Assembly: GCA_963766735.1 (NCBI GenBank)
Contig: CAVYBU010000019.1
Coordinates: 65,999 to 129,998, forward strand
Length of the DNA stretch: 64,000 nt
Direction of reading: 5' to 3'
Origin: an uncultured Chloroflexia bacterium
Lineage (GTDB): Bacteria; Chloroflexota; Limnocylindria; Limnocylindrales; CSP1-4
Part shown: piece after piece, positions 49,080 to 59,260 of the stretch
How the letters are laid out: each line of letters starts with the position of its first letter
Position numbering within the stretch: position 1 is the first letter of the stretch
Position numbers and translations under genes: made by a program
The notes under the pieces: generated by a model
Told to the model about the DNA's origin: nothing
Seen by the model: the letters and a program-made list of their open reading frames with translations, nothing else
The model's database searches: none

Positions 49080-49209
49080 GGGCGTCATCCCCTTGTTCAC
49101 AGCTTCAATTGGCGTCATGTGCGGTGGTGGATCCAGTCTTCCGGAGTTACGTGACGGCTCGGTGACCGCCCCGCAGGGGTTGACAGGCGACGCGCAGTAG
49201 CATGGGCCC

Positions 49210-50199
49210 ATGAGCCTTGACGTGTCCCCCACCGCCCATGTCCCCACCCTCATGACGGTCCACGCCCACCCCGACGACGAGGTCATCGGCACGGGCGGGA
49301 CCATGGCCCAGTGGGTCGATGCCGGACGGCGAGTGGTGCTGATCACCTGCACCCGCGGCGAGATGGGCGACATCGTCGTGCCGGAGCTGGACACGCCCGA
49401 GGTCCACCGCCGGCTGGGCGAGATCCGTGCCGCAGAGCTGGAGGCCGCGATGGCAGCCCTCGGCGTGACCGAGTGGGAGAACCTGGGCTACCACGACTCG
49501 GACATGATGGGTCGCGCCGGAAACCGCGACCCGCGGTGCTTCTGGCAGGCGAACCTGGACGAGGCGATCGGGCGCCTGGTCTGGATGGTGCGGCGATACC
49601 AGCCGGACGTCATGACCACCTACAACGACTTCGGCGGGTACGGGCACCCGGACCACATCCGGACGCACCTCGTGGCGGTGGGCGCGTTCGCGCGGGCCGG
49701 CGACCCGGCCTGGTACCCGGAGCAGCTGGCGCCCGAGCATGGCGGATCGGGCGCACCCGAGGCGGAGGGCGGCCTGGCTCCGTGGTCCCCCGCCAAGCTC
49801 TATGAGCAGGCGATCCCGGCCTCGGTCCGCATCGCGCTCCAGGAGCGGATGGACGCGATCGGCGAGCGTTCGTTCTGGTCTCCGCCCGAGGACGCGACGC
49901 CGGAGCAGCTCGCCGAGTTCGAGGCCTACGCCGCCCGGATGCTCGTGCCGGACGAGATGATCACCGCCTGGGTGGACGTCACGCCGGTGCTGGATCGCCG
50001 CTGGGCCGCGATGCGTGCCCACGTGACGCAGATCTCGGACGAGAACCCGTTCGTGCGGTTTGGCGCGGATGCGTGGCGCGAGTTCTGGTTCCGCGAGGCC
50101 TTTGTGCGTCGCGAGTCCCGGGTACCGGCACCGGAGCACGAGACGGACCTGATGGCCGGGCTGGACGGGCAGGCGCCCGGCCCTCACGGCTGGGGCTGA
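49210..50199 (+). CDS. PIG-L family deacetylase (MshB/Mca-like)
   Basis: HAHPDDE, TRGEMG, LGYHDSDM, GGYGHPDH and AHVTQ. TAGCAT 6 nt upstream suggests a leaderless start. Confidence 0.88.
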   Translation: MSLDVSPTAHVPTLMTVHAHPDDEVIGTGGTMAQWVDAGRRVVLITCTRGEMGDIVVPELDTPEVHRRLGEIRAAELEAAMAALGVTEWENLGYHDSDMMGRAGNRDPRCFWQANLDEAIGRLVWMVRRYQPDVMTTYNDFGGYGHPDHIRTHLVAVGAFARAGDPAWYPEQLAPEHGGSGAPEAEGGLAPWSPAKLYEQAIPASVRIALQERMDAIGERSFWSPPEDATPEQLAEFEAYAARMLVPDEMITAWVDVTPVLDRRWAAMRAHVTQISDENPFVRFGADAWREFWFREAFVRRESRVPAPEHETDLMAGLDGQAPGPHGWG

Positions 50200-50240
50200 T
50201 CCCGGGAGTCGATCGCCATCACGGGTCCGCAGACCCCGCG

Positions 50241-52007
50241 CTACCAGCCGAGCAGCCCCTTGGATGCGCCCCACAGCTGGTTCATGACCACCTTGCCAGA
50301 GCCCATCGGGTCCATGAAGTTCGGCTGCGCCTTGCCCATGATCAGGTGCGGTCGCATGCGGACCTGGACCAGCGACGTGCCGCGGAACGTGAGATCCAGC
50401 GTGATCCCCTCCATCGTCGGCTCCGACCAGGTCTGGTCGAACACGAAGTTGCCCAGCGCGTACCAGATCGGCTTGCCCTTGTAGAGCTCCATGCCACCGA
50501 CCCAGTGCGGGTGGTTGCCGATCACCAGGTCCGCGCCGGCGTCGATCGCCATGTGGGCAAGGTTCCGCTGGCCCGTCGTCGGCTTCGCCCGGTACTCCAC
50601 GCCCCAGTGCGGGAACACGATCACGATGTCCGCGCCGGCCTTGCGGGCGGCGGCGATGTCCTTCTGCAGGTAGGCCTTGGTCATCTTGGCGCTACCCGGG
50701 GTGCTGGCCCCGGAGTGGTAGTACGCGGCGATCGTGTCGTAGCCCAGGATGCCCACCGTGACGCCGCCCGCCTTGAGCAGCGAGGCCTTGTGGGCGTCCG
50801 CGGTGTTCTTGCCGGCGCCGGCGTGCTTGATGCCGTAGTCGTCGAGGTTGCCCTGCGTCGAGACGATCCCGGCGCGACCCGCATCGCCGATGTGGTTGTT
50901 CGCCAGCGATACCCAGTCGATCCCGGCGTCCACGAGGCCCGCGATGTGCTTGGGGTTGGCCGAGAAGACCATGCCCTTGCCGTGCCAGCGCCACTTGTCG
51001 GGGGCAGGGTTCTCGAAGTTGGCGATGGCGATGTCGGCACCCCTGGTGAGGTCGCGCACGACACCCACGTTGCCGGTCTTCTTCGTGTACGGGAGATCCC
51101 AGCCAAAGGGCGAGCAGTCCTTGCAGTGGCCGGTGATCTTCACGGTGCCCCCGTCGAACGGGAACTCTGCGCCTGTCTTGGCGCCCTGGATCGCGAGCGA
51201 CACGCCGCGGTCCAGCATGATGTCGCCGCCTGCGACGATGGTCCAGGCCGCTGCCGGATCGTAGGCCTCCGTGCTGCCAGCCGGGACCTCGAGCTGCACG
51301 GTCAGCGGCCAGCCATCGAGCGTCCCGACCCGGCCGACGCCGAACAACGCGCGGGAGCCCCACGCGAGCGCGCGGACCGAAGCGTCGACCTCGTCCGCGC
51401 GCAGGAACCCAAGGCGGGTTCGATGCGCGGCGAGGTCCGCGGCCAGCTTCCTGGCAGTGGGGAAGGTGACGAGACGCTTGCCGAGGGTCGAGCGCTTCAC
51501 GCCCAGCTCCGCGAGGATCGCGTCCGCGTCCTGCTCCACCAGCACGAGCGCATCGTACGGGGAGCTCCCTTCGGCGATGCCCTTGACATCGGCGATGACA
51601 GCCTTGGCCCGGCCGGTGCGGAACTGGGTCACCGGGACGATGGCGACGTCCCTGGTGACGGTCTCGGCAACGACGGCGACAGCGGCGGCCGAGGGCGCGG
51701 CGCCCGGGTCGTCCGCGGGCGACGCGGAGGCTTCCGGGCCGGGCTGGGCGGATGCAGCCCCGGTTGCGTCCGCGCCCGGCGTGTCCATCGCGGCTGCCAC
51801 GATTGCCGGGGCGGCGGGCGTCGCCGCGGGGGCCCCGCCGAGCACTCCGCCCCCGAACCCGATCCCGATCCCGACCACGAGGACCAGGGCGATCGCGGCA
51901 AGCGCGGGCAGGAGCCAGGTCGGACGCGCGGTTGCCGCCGCAGCCGGACGCGCGCCGCTGCGCGGGTGCTGACGACGGGGATCGAAACCGGGCTCCCGAA
52001 CGCTCAC
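50241..52007 (-). CDS. CapA family metallophosphatase with an N-terminal membrane anchor
   Basis: GDIML, ANFE, ANNHIGD, HWGVE, GNHPH and YALGNFVFDQ. GTG 52007 lies 7 nt after TAATGT; the longer ORF-track start runs through the tRNA. Confidence 0.85.
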   Translation of the reverse strand: MSVREPGFDPRRQHPRSGARPAAAATARPTWLLPALAAIALVLVVGIGIGFGGGVLGGAPAATPAAPAIVAAAMDTPGADATGAASAQPGPEASASPADDPGAAPSAAAVAVVAETVTRDVAIVPVTQFRTGRAKAVIADVKGIAEGSSPYDALVLVEQDADAILAELGVKRSTLGKRLVTFPTARKLAADLAAHRTRLGFLRADEVDASVRALAWGSRALFGVGRVGTLDGWPLTVQLEVPAGSTEAYDPAAAWTIVAGGDIMLDRGVSLAIQGAKTGAEFPFDGGTVKITGHCKDCSPFGWDLPYTKKTGNVGVVRDLTRGADIAIANFENPAPDKWRWHGKGMVFSANPKHIAGLVDAGIDWVSLANNHIGDAGRAGIVSTQGNLDDYGIKHAGAGKNTADAHKASLLKAGGVTVGILGYDTIAAYYHSGASTPGSAKMTKAYLQKDIAAARKAGADIVIVFPHWGVEYRAKPTTGQRNLAHMAIDAGADLVIGNHPHWVGGMELYKGKPIWYALGNFVFDQTWSEPTMEGITLDLTFRGTSLVQVRMRPHLIMGKAQPNFMDPMGSGKVVMNQLWGASKGLLGW

Positions 52008-52024
52008 GGTGGGAACATTACCCG

Positions 52025-52064
52025 AAGAAGAGGAACGCCCCGTCCGGGCGGGCGGACGGGGCGT
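52025..52064 (-). terminator. Intrinsic terminator downstream of tRNA-Asp
   Basis: 12-bp stem ACGCCCCGTCCG/CGGACGGGGCGT followed by TCCTCTTCTT on the minus strand. Confidence 0.7.
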
Positions 52065-52082
52065 GCGGAGAATCGAGAAAGA

Positions 52083-52159
52083 TGGCGGACCCGACCGGAT
52101 TCGAACCGGCGATCTCCAGCGTGACAGGCTGGCATGTTGGGCCGCTACACCACGGGTCC
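52083..52159 (-). tRNA. tRNA-Asp (GTC)
   Basis: Minus strand GGACCCG...CCAGC-CTGTCAC-GCTGG...GGTTCGAATCC...CGGGTCC-G-CCA; extended -10 TGcTATCAT upstream. Confidence 0.97.
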
Positions 52160-52325
52160 GCGACCGGTGGCGGATGATAGCAGGAGCCCTGCCAGGCCGC
52201 CACCGCGGCGGCGGGCACTCCACCGGGAGACGGGCGAAGTCGAGACCGCTCGGGATGGCTCGTATACTGCCCGCTGCCTGCCGGTCCGTCACAGGGACGC
52301 CAGCCGGGACAATGGAGGCCAAACG

Positions 52326-53678
52326 ATGACTCTCAGCGCGTACCCGGCGGCGAGGACCCGCGCCCGCGAGCGCTGGCACGTGCTCGGAGACCGCCTCCGG
52401 ACGGTGCGCCCGGAGGCCGTCGCCAAGGGCGCCATCGGCCTGACCCTCATCGCCGTCTCGCTCTCGCTGGCCGTGGCCTCGTGGCCCGCCCTCATGCCGT
52501 TCGTCGTCGGCGCTGTCCTCGCCTATGCCGTCCTGCCTATCGCGAATCGCCTCGATGCCGTGATGCCACGCGTCTTCGCCGCTCTCCTGGCCGAGCTCGT
52601 CGCCGTCGGCGTGCTGGTGGGCGTGGCATCCGTCGTGGTGCCCCCCCTGCTGAACGGCCTCGTCATCGTCGCAGGCAAGCTGCCGACACCCGATGAGATC
52701 CAGGCGGGCGTTCTGACCCTGCAGACCCAGGTGGGGAGCATCCCCGAGCCCATGCGGTCGATCGCGCTCTCGGTCCTGACGCAGACCACGGCCAACCTGC
52801 AGGGAGTGCTCCAGCAGCTGTCGAGCCAGGCGGCAGAGGCGCTCACGGGCCAGATCCTGGGGATCTTCAACACGGCCTCCAACGTGCTCGGGCTGCTCGT
52901 GATCCCGGCCTGGATCCTGACCATGGTCGCGGACGAGCGCGCCATCAAGCAGCGGGCCGGTCGCCTGTTCCCCGAGGCGATCCGGGAGGACGTCTTCGCG
53001 CTCTTCAGGATCGTGGACCGGACGCTCGGAACCTTCCTCCGCGTCCGCGTGCTGCTCGGGGTCGTGACGGGGTTCCTGGTCTGGGCGGGCCTGTCGATCG
53101 CGAGCGAGATGGGCGTCGGGCCATTCAACTACGCCGTCGCCGCGGCCGTCCTGCTGGGCACGCTGCAGCTGATCCCCGAGCTCGGCTACTTCCTGGGCTT
53201 CTTCCCCGTGCTGCTCGTCGCCGCCATCGGAGGACCGGTGCCCGGCGTCGCTGCGGCCCTGGTCTACATCGGGGCCGTCAAGACCTCGTCGTCCCTGGTC
53301 GAGACCCGGGTGTCACGTGGCGTCCTCGATGTGCACCCAGGCCTGCTCATCCCGGCCATCGTCGTGCTGAGCCAGTTCGGCCTCATCTGGCTGCTGGCTG
53401 CGGCGCCGGCCGTCGCGATCGTCCGCGACCTCGTTCGCTACGCCAACAGCCGACTCGGCGATCCCCCCGGACCCGCCGGCGTGCTACCGGGCGAGAGAGC
53501 GAAGCGCTCAGGGTCTGGCCGTGCCGGCATGCCGGTCCCGTCCGCCTACCTGGCCCCCGCTCCGTCGACCCCGGCAGCGGCCTCACCACGAAGACCCGTC
53601 CCCGCCGTCTACGCCAACCTCCAGCCCAGAACCGGGGGCCGCCAGCCCTCCGCCACCCTGAGGAGCACCCAGCCGTGA
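52326..53678 (+). CDS. AI-2E family transporter (PerM/UPF0118)
   Basis: ATG 52326 after GGAGG. PFVVGAVLAYAVLP, QLIPELG and DVHP motifs; Pro-rich tail. Confidence 0.85.
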   Translation: MTLSAYPAARTRARERWHVLGDRLRTVRPEAVAKGAIGLTLIAVSLSLAVASWPALMPFVVGAVLAYAVLPIANRLDAVMPRVFAALLAELVAVGVLVGVASVVVPPLLNGLVIVAGKLPTPDEIQAGVLTLQTQVGSIPEPMRSIALSVLTQTTANLQGVLQQLSSQAAEALTGQILGIFNTASNVLGLLVIPAWILTMVADERAIKQRAGRLFPEAIREDVFALFRIVDRTLGTFLRVRVLLGVVTGFLVWAGLSIASEMGVGPFNYAVAAAVLLGTLQLIPELGYFLGFFPVLLVAAIGGPVPGVAAALVYIGAVKTSSSLVETRVSRGVLDVHPGLLIPAIVVLSQFGLIWLLAAAPAVAIVRDLVRYANSRLGDPPGPAGVLPGERAKRSGSGRAGMPVPSAYLAPAPSTPAAASPRRPVPAVYANLQPRTGGRQPSATLRSTQP

Positions 53679-54871
53679 GCGACGATCCCGGCCGCCAGAC
53701 CGACACGATGGCCGAGGAGGCCTCCGCGCTGGCCCAGGCGTACATCCAGCTGACGGAGGCTGAGGCCTCCCCGCTCGACGCCACCGAGGCCATCGAGCGC
53801 CGCGATTCATACGGCCGTGTCCCGGTCCTCGTCCGGATCCGGCGCCAGCCGGCCATCAACCCGGTCTGGCTGCTGGTCGCGATCGGTCTCGCCGCCTCCG
53901 GGCTGTTCCTGCCCCTCGTGGATGCCCTCAGGGCCATGATCGTCGTGGGCGCCGTCGTGGCCCTCGTTGTCGGGATCCTGTCACGGCTGCTGATCCGTGT
54001 GCCGTCCGGATCCGTCGGCCTGGTCGTCAGGGCCGGCCGGCACGACCGCGTGTTCACCGCGGGCAACCACTGGGTCCTCCCGTTCTTCGCCTTGTCGCAC
54101 CTGGTCACGACACGCGAGGTCGCGTTCGACGTCCCCGTGAACCAGGTGCGATCCGCCGACGGCGTCAGCGTCACGGTCGACACGCTCCTGACGCTGCGGA
54201 TCGCCGACCCGGTGAAGTTCGCCTACTCCATCACGGCCGGTGACGCGGACCAGTTCGTCCAGGCGAGCTGTCAGGATGCCGTCCGGATGCTGGTCCGCGG
54301 CATCGAGGCGTTGACCGCGCTCGATCTGGGCTCGGAGCAGGCAGACACGCTGCGGAAGGTGATCGACCCCAAGCTCGAATCCTTCGGCATCGACGTGAGT
54401 GGCGTCGCGTTCACCCGGATCACCCTGCCCGCCGCGCTCACGGGGTCCCTCGAGGCCCGCCGCCTCGCGTCCCTCCAGCTCGCCGAGCAGGCGGAGAGCT
54501 ACGCCCTCGACCGGCGCCGGATCGCCGACCAGGCCGCCCTGATCGCACAGGAGGCCGAGGCCCGGATCGCCGCGGTGGGGCACGAGGCCGTCGCCGAGGC
54601 CCTGCGCCTGGCAAAGATGGAGGAGCGGATAGGAGCCAGCCCGAACGCCGCCCGCTACGACTTCGAGTCGGCGCAGTTGCGCGTCGCGGAGCAGTTGGCC
54701 GGCAACAGTCGAGCCGTCGTCTCGCTTGGCGGGGGCGACATGTTCGCCAAGCTCCTGGTCGCCCATGAGCCAGATCCGGGCGCGCCGGCCGGTGGCGCCG
54801 CGCGGGCCGAGAACGGGGAAGCCGCGCCGGCGGAGAACCCGGCCGAGAACGGAGGAGCCCCGAAGGCCTGA
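53675..54871 (+). CDS. SPFH (band 7/stomatin-like) domain membrane protein
   Basis: Two N-terminal TM segments, SPFH core (SADGVSVTVD, IADP, FGIDV) and an Ala/Glu coiled coil; GTGA overlap with the upstream gene. Confidence 0.82.
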   Translation: MSDDPGRQTDTMAEEASALAQAYIQLTEAEASPLDATEAIERRDSYGRVPVLVRIRRQPAINPVWLLVAIGLAASGLFLPLVDALRAMIVVGAVVALVVGILSRLLIRVPSGSVGLVVRAGRHDRVFTAGNHWVLPFFALSHLVTTREVAFDVPVNQVRSADGVSVTVDTLLTLRIADPVKFAYSITAGDADQFVQASCQDAVRMLVRGIEALTALDLGSEQADTLRKVIDPKLESFGIDVSGVAFTRITLPAALTGSLEARRLASLQLAEQAESYALDRRRIADQAALIAQEAEARIAAVGHEAVAEALRLAKMEERIGASPNAARYDFESAQLRVAEQLAGNSRAVVSLGGGDMFAKLLVAHEPDPGAPAGGAARAENGEAAPAENPAENGGAPKA

Positions 54872-54921
54872 CCTCCGGGGCTCCCGCTGGGCTTTGGGGC
54901 AACCTGCCCCGGGCTGTGGCT

Positions 54922-55560
54922 CTAGCTGTACCTGTACGAATCCTTGTCCAGCTCGTAGGTGCTCGGACCGATCGGCGGAACGACCAGCTGGGCGATGATG
55001 CCCGCGGCGGCGATCACACCCCAGACGATGAGCCAGAACCAGCTGTCACGGATCAGCGCCCCAACCTCGATCCAGCGGATGTTGTCCGTCGCGATCTGCC
55101 CGGTCAGGATGAACCAGCCGGCAAGGACGGCGGCAGCCCCGCCGAGACCGGTCATGACGATGACCAGGAGCCGCGGCACGTTGAGGACGATGACCCCGAT
55201 GGCCAGGACGGCGCCGACGGCGAGGCCGATCACGAGCGCGATCAGGCCATCCTCATTGCCGATGATCCCCCATGCGCTGGCGCCGATCGCATAGCCCACC
55301 GCGCCGGCCATCAGCGCGATCGCCGCGTAGTAGTAGAGATACGAGAACAGCGCGAAGGCCACGGCGAACACCAGGCCGACGACCCAGCTGGTCAGCGTCG
55401 CGAACGTGCCGTCCCCGAACAGCGCCGAGATCGCCTCGGTCCCGACGTTGAAGCCGACCAGGAACCCCCAGAAGGGCAACAGCAGCAGGAAGAAGCGCCA
55501 CCCTCCGAAGGCGAACGCCAAGCCGATCACGGCGGCCACGATTGCGATGACGAACTGCAT
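54922..55560 (-). CDS. DUF4203 / TMEM198-like membrane protein
   Basis: FAFGGWRFFLLLLPFWGFLVGF and GIIAQ with 7 hydrophobic helices; ATG 55560 after AAGGAGG. Confidence 0.72.
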   Translation of the reverse strand: MQFVIAIVAAVIGLAFAFGGWRFFLLLLPFWGFLVGFNVGTEAISALFGDGTFATLTSWVVGLVFAVAFALFSYLYYYAAIALMAGAVGYAIGASAWGIIGNEDGLIALVIGLAVGAVLAIGVIVLNVPRLLVIVMTGLGGAAAVLAGWFILTGQIATDNIRWIEVGALIRDSWFWLIVWGVIAAAGIIAQLVVPPIGPSTYELDKDSYRYS

Positions 55561-55678
55561 TCCTATCCTCCTTGTGCACACCCGCAGGGCTTGGGGGGTT
55601 CACGTCTGCACGATCATACTCACCAGCACGGGCGCGTTTGCGCCTCGCGTGCGTGACCCGCGCTATGCTCGCCGGGCC

Positions 55679-56800
55679 ATGGCCCGCATCGACCTGCGCT
55701 CCGATACCGTCACCCATCCCACCGACACCATGCGTCGCGCGATGGCTGCCGCGGAGGTCGGCGACGACGTCTTCGGCGACGATCCCACGGTCAACGCCCT
55801 GGAGGCCCGGGCGGCCGCGCTGCTCGGCAAGGAGGCCGGCCTCTTCGTCGCCAGCGGCACCATGGGCAACCTCGTCTCGCTGCTCGCGCACCTGCCGCGC
55901 GGCCACGAGGCCATCGCCGGCGCCTCGACCCACACCGTGATGGACGAGGCCGGCGGCCATGCCGTCGTGGCGGGCACCACGATCCGCGCCCTCGCGGAGC
56001 GCGCCGACGGGACCATGGACCCGGTCGAGATCGCCGAGGCGTTCCGGGACCCCACGGACTTCCACGAGCCGCCGACGGGCCTGGTCGTGCTGGAGAACAC
56101 CCACGCCCACTCCGGCGGCCGGCCCCTCTCCCTCGAGTACACGCGGACCGTGGCGGCCATCGCGCACGAGCGCGGCGTCCCGCTCCACGTGGACGGCGCC
56201 CGGTTCTTCAACGCGTGCGTGGCCCTGGGCCTGGCCCCCGCGGAGCTGGCAGCGCCCGCCGACACCGTCACCTTCTGCCTCTCGAAGGGCCTATCGGCTC
56301 CGATCGGCTCCGTGGTGGTTGGTCCCGCCCCGTTCATCGACCGCGCCCGCCGCGCCCGGAAGCTCGTCGGCGGCGGGATGCGCCAGGTCGGCGTGCTGGC
56401 CGCGGCCGGCCTCGTTGCCCTCCAGGACGGCGAGGCGGGGATGATCGACCGCCTGGCCGAGGACCACGCCAACGCCCGCCGCCTCGCCCTGGGCCTGGCC
56501 GAGATGACCGGCGTGCGCAGCCCGGGCGGCATGGCCCAGACGGGGGATGGGCCACTTGACCCTGCCCGGTTCCCGACCAACTTCGTGCTGTTCCGCGTGG
56601 ATCGGGATCGGGCCGCATTCCTGGCCGCCATGGAGGCGCGCGGGGTGCTGCTGGAGCCCTACCCGCACGGCCAGATCCGTGCCGTCACCCACTACGGGAT
56701 CACCGCCGCCGACGTGGACCGGGCGGTCGCGACTGCCGCCGAGGTTCTCCGGAACCTTGCCAAGTCCCCGGCCGGCGAGATCTCCGGGGGCGCGGCCTGA
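55679..56800 (+). CDS. ltaE: Low-specificity L-threonine aldolase
   Basis: [33 protein letters not shown] and CLSKGL. Confidence 0.9.
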   Translation: MARIDLRSDTVTHPTDTMRRAMAAAEVGDDVFGDDPTVNALEARAAALLGKEAGLFVASGTMGNLVSLLAHLPRGHEAIAGASTHTVMDEAGGHAVVAGTTIRALAERADGTMDPVEIAEAFRDPTDFHEPPTGLVVLENTHAHSGGRPLSLEYTRTVAAIAHERGVPLHVDGARFFNACVALGLAPAELAAPADTVTFCLSKGLSAPIGSVVVGPAPFIDRARRARKLVGGGMRQVGVLAAAGLVALQDGEAGMIDRLAEDHANARRLALGLAEMTGVRSPGGMAQTGDGPLDPARFPTNFVLFRVDRDRAAFLAAMEARGVLLEPYPHGQIRAVTHYGITAADVDRAVATAAEVLRNLAKSPAGEISGGAA

Positions 56801-56873
56801 CCACGATCACGACCACGGCCCGCGACGGGCCCACCATGGGCGCCCGCCCCACCACGCGGCCGCCGGAGGAACG

Positions 56874-58553
56874 ATGAGCCACCCCGTCACACGCCTGGAC
56901 CTTCCGCGACCTGCTCCGTCGCCCGATGCGGGCCCCCTGGACGCGCGCCTGTACGACCTGGTCGAGGCCCGCGTCCGGCGCCTGATGGCGGACAAACCGA
57001 TCCTCGCCACGAGCCTGGGGATCCACGAGCACGACCACCTCCTGGGCGATCCCAGCCGGGACGCCGTCGTTTCGGAGATCGCCGCGGAGCGCGCCCACCT
57101 TGCGGCGGTGGAGGCGCTGGACGCGGCCGGGCTGTCCGCCGAGGTCCAGTTCGAGCGGGACCTGGAGGTCCACAACGTCCGCCTGGGCCTGTTCGAAGCA
57201 GACGAGGTCCGCCGCTGGGAGCGCAGCTCCGCCGCCGCCGGCGACCTGGGCGACGCGGTGTTCCTGCTGTTCGCGCGCGGCGCAGCGCCGCTCGAGGAGC
57301 GCCTGGCGCGGATCGCAGACCGCCTGGAGGCGGCCCCGGAGTACCTGCTGGCATCCCGGACGCGGGCGCAGGGTGCGCAGGTGGCGCTCTGGCAGGAGGT
57401 CGATGCCCGGTACGCATCGGACCTGCCGTCGCTGTTCGCGGAGGTGCGCGCGGCCGCCGCACCGGTCCTCGCGGGGCCTGAGCTGGCGCGCCTGGACCGC
57501 GCCATCACGGACGCGAGCGCCGCCCTGGAGGCACACGTGACCTGGATCGCGGAGACCCTCGAACGGGCCACGGATGACTGGCCGCTGGGCACCGAGCACT
57601 ACGACGAGCTGGTCCGCCTGCGTGCGTTCGGTGACCTCGATCCGGACTCGATCCTGGAGATCGGGTACGAGCAGCTGCGGACCAACCTGGAGGCGCGGCG
57701 GGCCGCCGCGCGCGAGCTGGACCCGGACGCAGACCTGGCCACGGTTATCGACCGTCTCAAGCACGACCACCCGGCCACGTTTGAGGAAGCGCTGGACGGC
57801 TACCGGGACGCCATGGCGCGGTCGCGGGCCTACATCATCGAGCACGGGCTGGCCAGCGTCCCCGACGACGAGGTCATCGAGGTCATCGAGACGCCGGGGT
57901 ACCTGCGGAGCGTGATGCCGTTCGCGGCCTACTTCTCGCCCGCTCGCTTCGATGACGACCAGCGCGGCCTGTACATCGTCACGCCCGCGGTGGACGACGA
58001 CCCCAACGCGATGCTGGAGCACTACCGGGCCTCGATCTCCAACACGAGCATCCACGAGGCCTACCCCGGCCACCACCTGCAGCTGGCGGTCGCCGCCAAG
58101 CACCCGTCCCTGACCCGGATGCTCACCGACGCCCCCGAGTTCTGCGAGGGCTGGGGCATGTACTCCGAGCAGATGATGCGCGAGCAGGGCTTCGACGACG
58201 GCCCCGCCTTCCGGACGGCCATGTACACGGACGCCATCTGGCGGGCCTGCAGGATCATCCTGGACGTGCGGATGCACCGCGGCGAGCTGACGCCCGACGA
58301 GGCGACGGACTTCCTCGTGGAGCACACCTCGTTCGAGACGGCGAATGCGCGGGCGGAGGTCCGCCGCTACACCTACACCCCCGGCTACCAGCTCAGCTAC
58401 CTCCTGGGCAAGGTCCTGATCCTGGGCCTGCGCGAGGAGGAGCAGCGCCGGCAAGGCGCGGCGTTCTCGCTCAAGACGTTCCACGACACGCTGCTCCGCA
58501 ACGGGTCGCTGCCGATCACGTTCCATCGCCGCCTCCTCCGGGGTGAGGGCTGA
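56874..58553 (+). CDS. DUF885 family protein (putative metallopeptidase)
   Basis: HEAYPGHHLQ, EGWGMYSE, WRACR and PGYQLSYLLG; ATG 56874 after GGAGG. Confidence 0.88.
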   Translation: MSHPVTRLDLPRPAPSPDAGPLDARLYDLVEARVRRLMADKPILATSLGIHEHDHLLGDPSRDAVVSEIAAERAHLAAVEALDAAGLSAEVQFERDLEVHNVRLGLFEADEVRRWERSSAAAGDLGDAVFLLFARGAAPLEERLARIADRLEAAPEYLLASRTRAQGAQVALWQEVDARYASDLPSLFAEVRAAAAPVLAGPELARLDRAITDASAALEAHVTWIAETLERATDDWPLGTEHYDELVRLRAFGDLDPDSILEIGYEQLRTNLEARRAAARELDPDADLATVIDRLKHDHPATFEEALDGYRDAMARSRAYIIEHGLASVPDDEVIEVIETPGYLRSVMPFAAYFSPARFDDDQRGLYIVTPAVDDDPNAMLEHYRASISNTSIHEAYPGHHLQLAVAAKHPSLTRMLTDAPEFCEGWGMYSEQMMREQGFDDGPAFRTAMYTDAIWRACRIILDVRMHRGELTPDEATDFLVEHTSFETANARAEVRRYTYTPGYQLSYLLGKVLILGLREEEQRRQGAAFSLKTFHDTLLRNGSLPITFHRRLLRGEG

Positions 58554-58558
58554 CCGGC

Positions 58559-59260
58559 GTGGAGGTGATCCCGGCGATCGACGTGACGAAGGGCCGCTCT
58601 CGGATCGTCTACTGGCCCGGCGCGTCAGCCGGGATCGGCACGCCCACGGACCGGCCGGACCGGATCGCGGAGCAGTTCGTCGCCCAGGGTGCGCGGATCA
58701 TTCACCTGGTGGACGTTGACGGTGCCCAGCGCGGGGCATCGGCCAACCTGGAGGCCGTCGGCGCCGTCGCCGCGCGCGTCGCCGTGCCGCTGCAGCTGGC
58801 CGGCGGCCTGGAGGAGGCCGACCACGTCCGCCTCGCCTTCGCGGCGGGGGCGACGCGGGTCGTGCTGTCGGCGGCGATCGCGGATCGCCCCCAGGCCCTG
58901 GCCGAGTGCCTGACCGTCGCCGGTGACTGGCTGGCCGTGGGCCTTGATCCCCGCCCGGACCGCATCGCCGGGTTCCCGTGGCGGCGGCCCGTTCCGCCAA
59001 CTTTCGATACGCTGGTGGAGGAGCTCGTCGCCCGGGGCGTCCGCCGGCTGGTGTTGAGCCACGGCGGTGGCGCGCCGGATCTCGACCTTCTCCGAACCCT
59101 CGTTCGTCGTCACGACGCCGACGTCCTGGTTGCCGGCGGCGCCACCGATCTCGCCGGCGTCGGCCGGCTTCGCGATGCCGGCGTGACCGGTCTCATCCTC
59201 GGGGAGGCGCTCCTCTCCGGCGCCATCGACTTCCCCAACGCCCTGGAGGCTGCCGCATGA
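58559..59260 (+). CDS. HisA/HisF-related TIM-barrel protein (divergent)
   Basis: IPAID, HLVDVDG, AGGL and GLILGEAL; lacks the TDISRDG segment. Confidence 0.75.
   Translation: MEVIPAIDVTKGRSRIVYWPGASAGIGTPTDRPDRIAEQFVAQGARIIHLVDVDGAQRGASANLEAVGAVAARVAVPLQLAGGLEEADHVRLAFAAGATRVVLSAAIADRPQALAECLTVAGDWLAVGLDPRPDRIAGFPWRRPVPPTFDTLVEELVARGVRRLVLSHGGGAPDLDLLRTLVRRHDADVLVAGGATDLAGVGRLRDAGVTGLILGEALLSGAIDFPNALEAAA

Noticed and set aside
49180-49203. TTGACA as the -35 of the MshB-like gene
   Set aside because: It is only 12 nt from TAGCAT, too short for a sigma70 spacer.
31073-59260. Calling the aminotransferase hisC and the TIM barrel hisA
   Set aside because: Both deviate at conserved motifs and lack his-operon context, so gene symbols were withheld.
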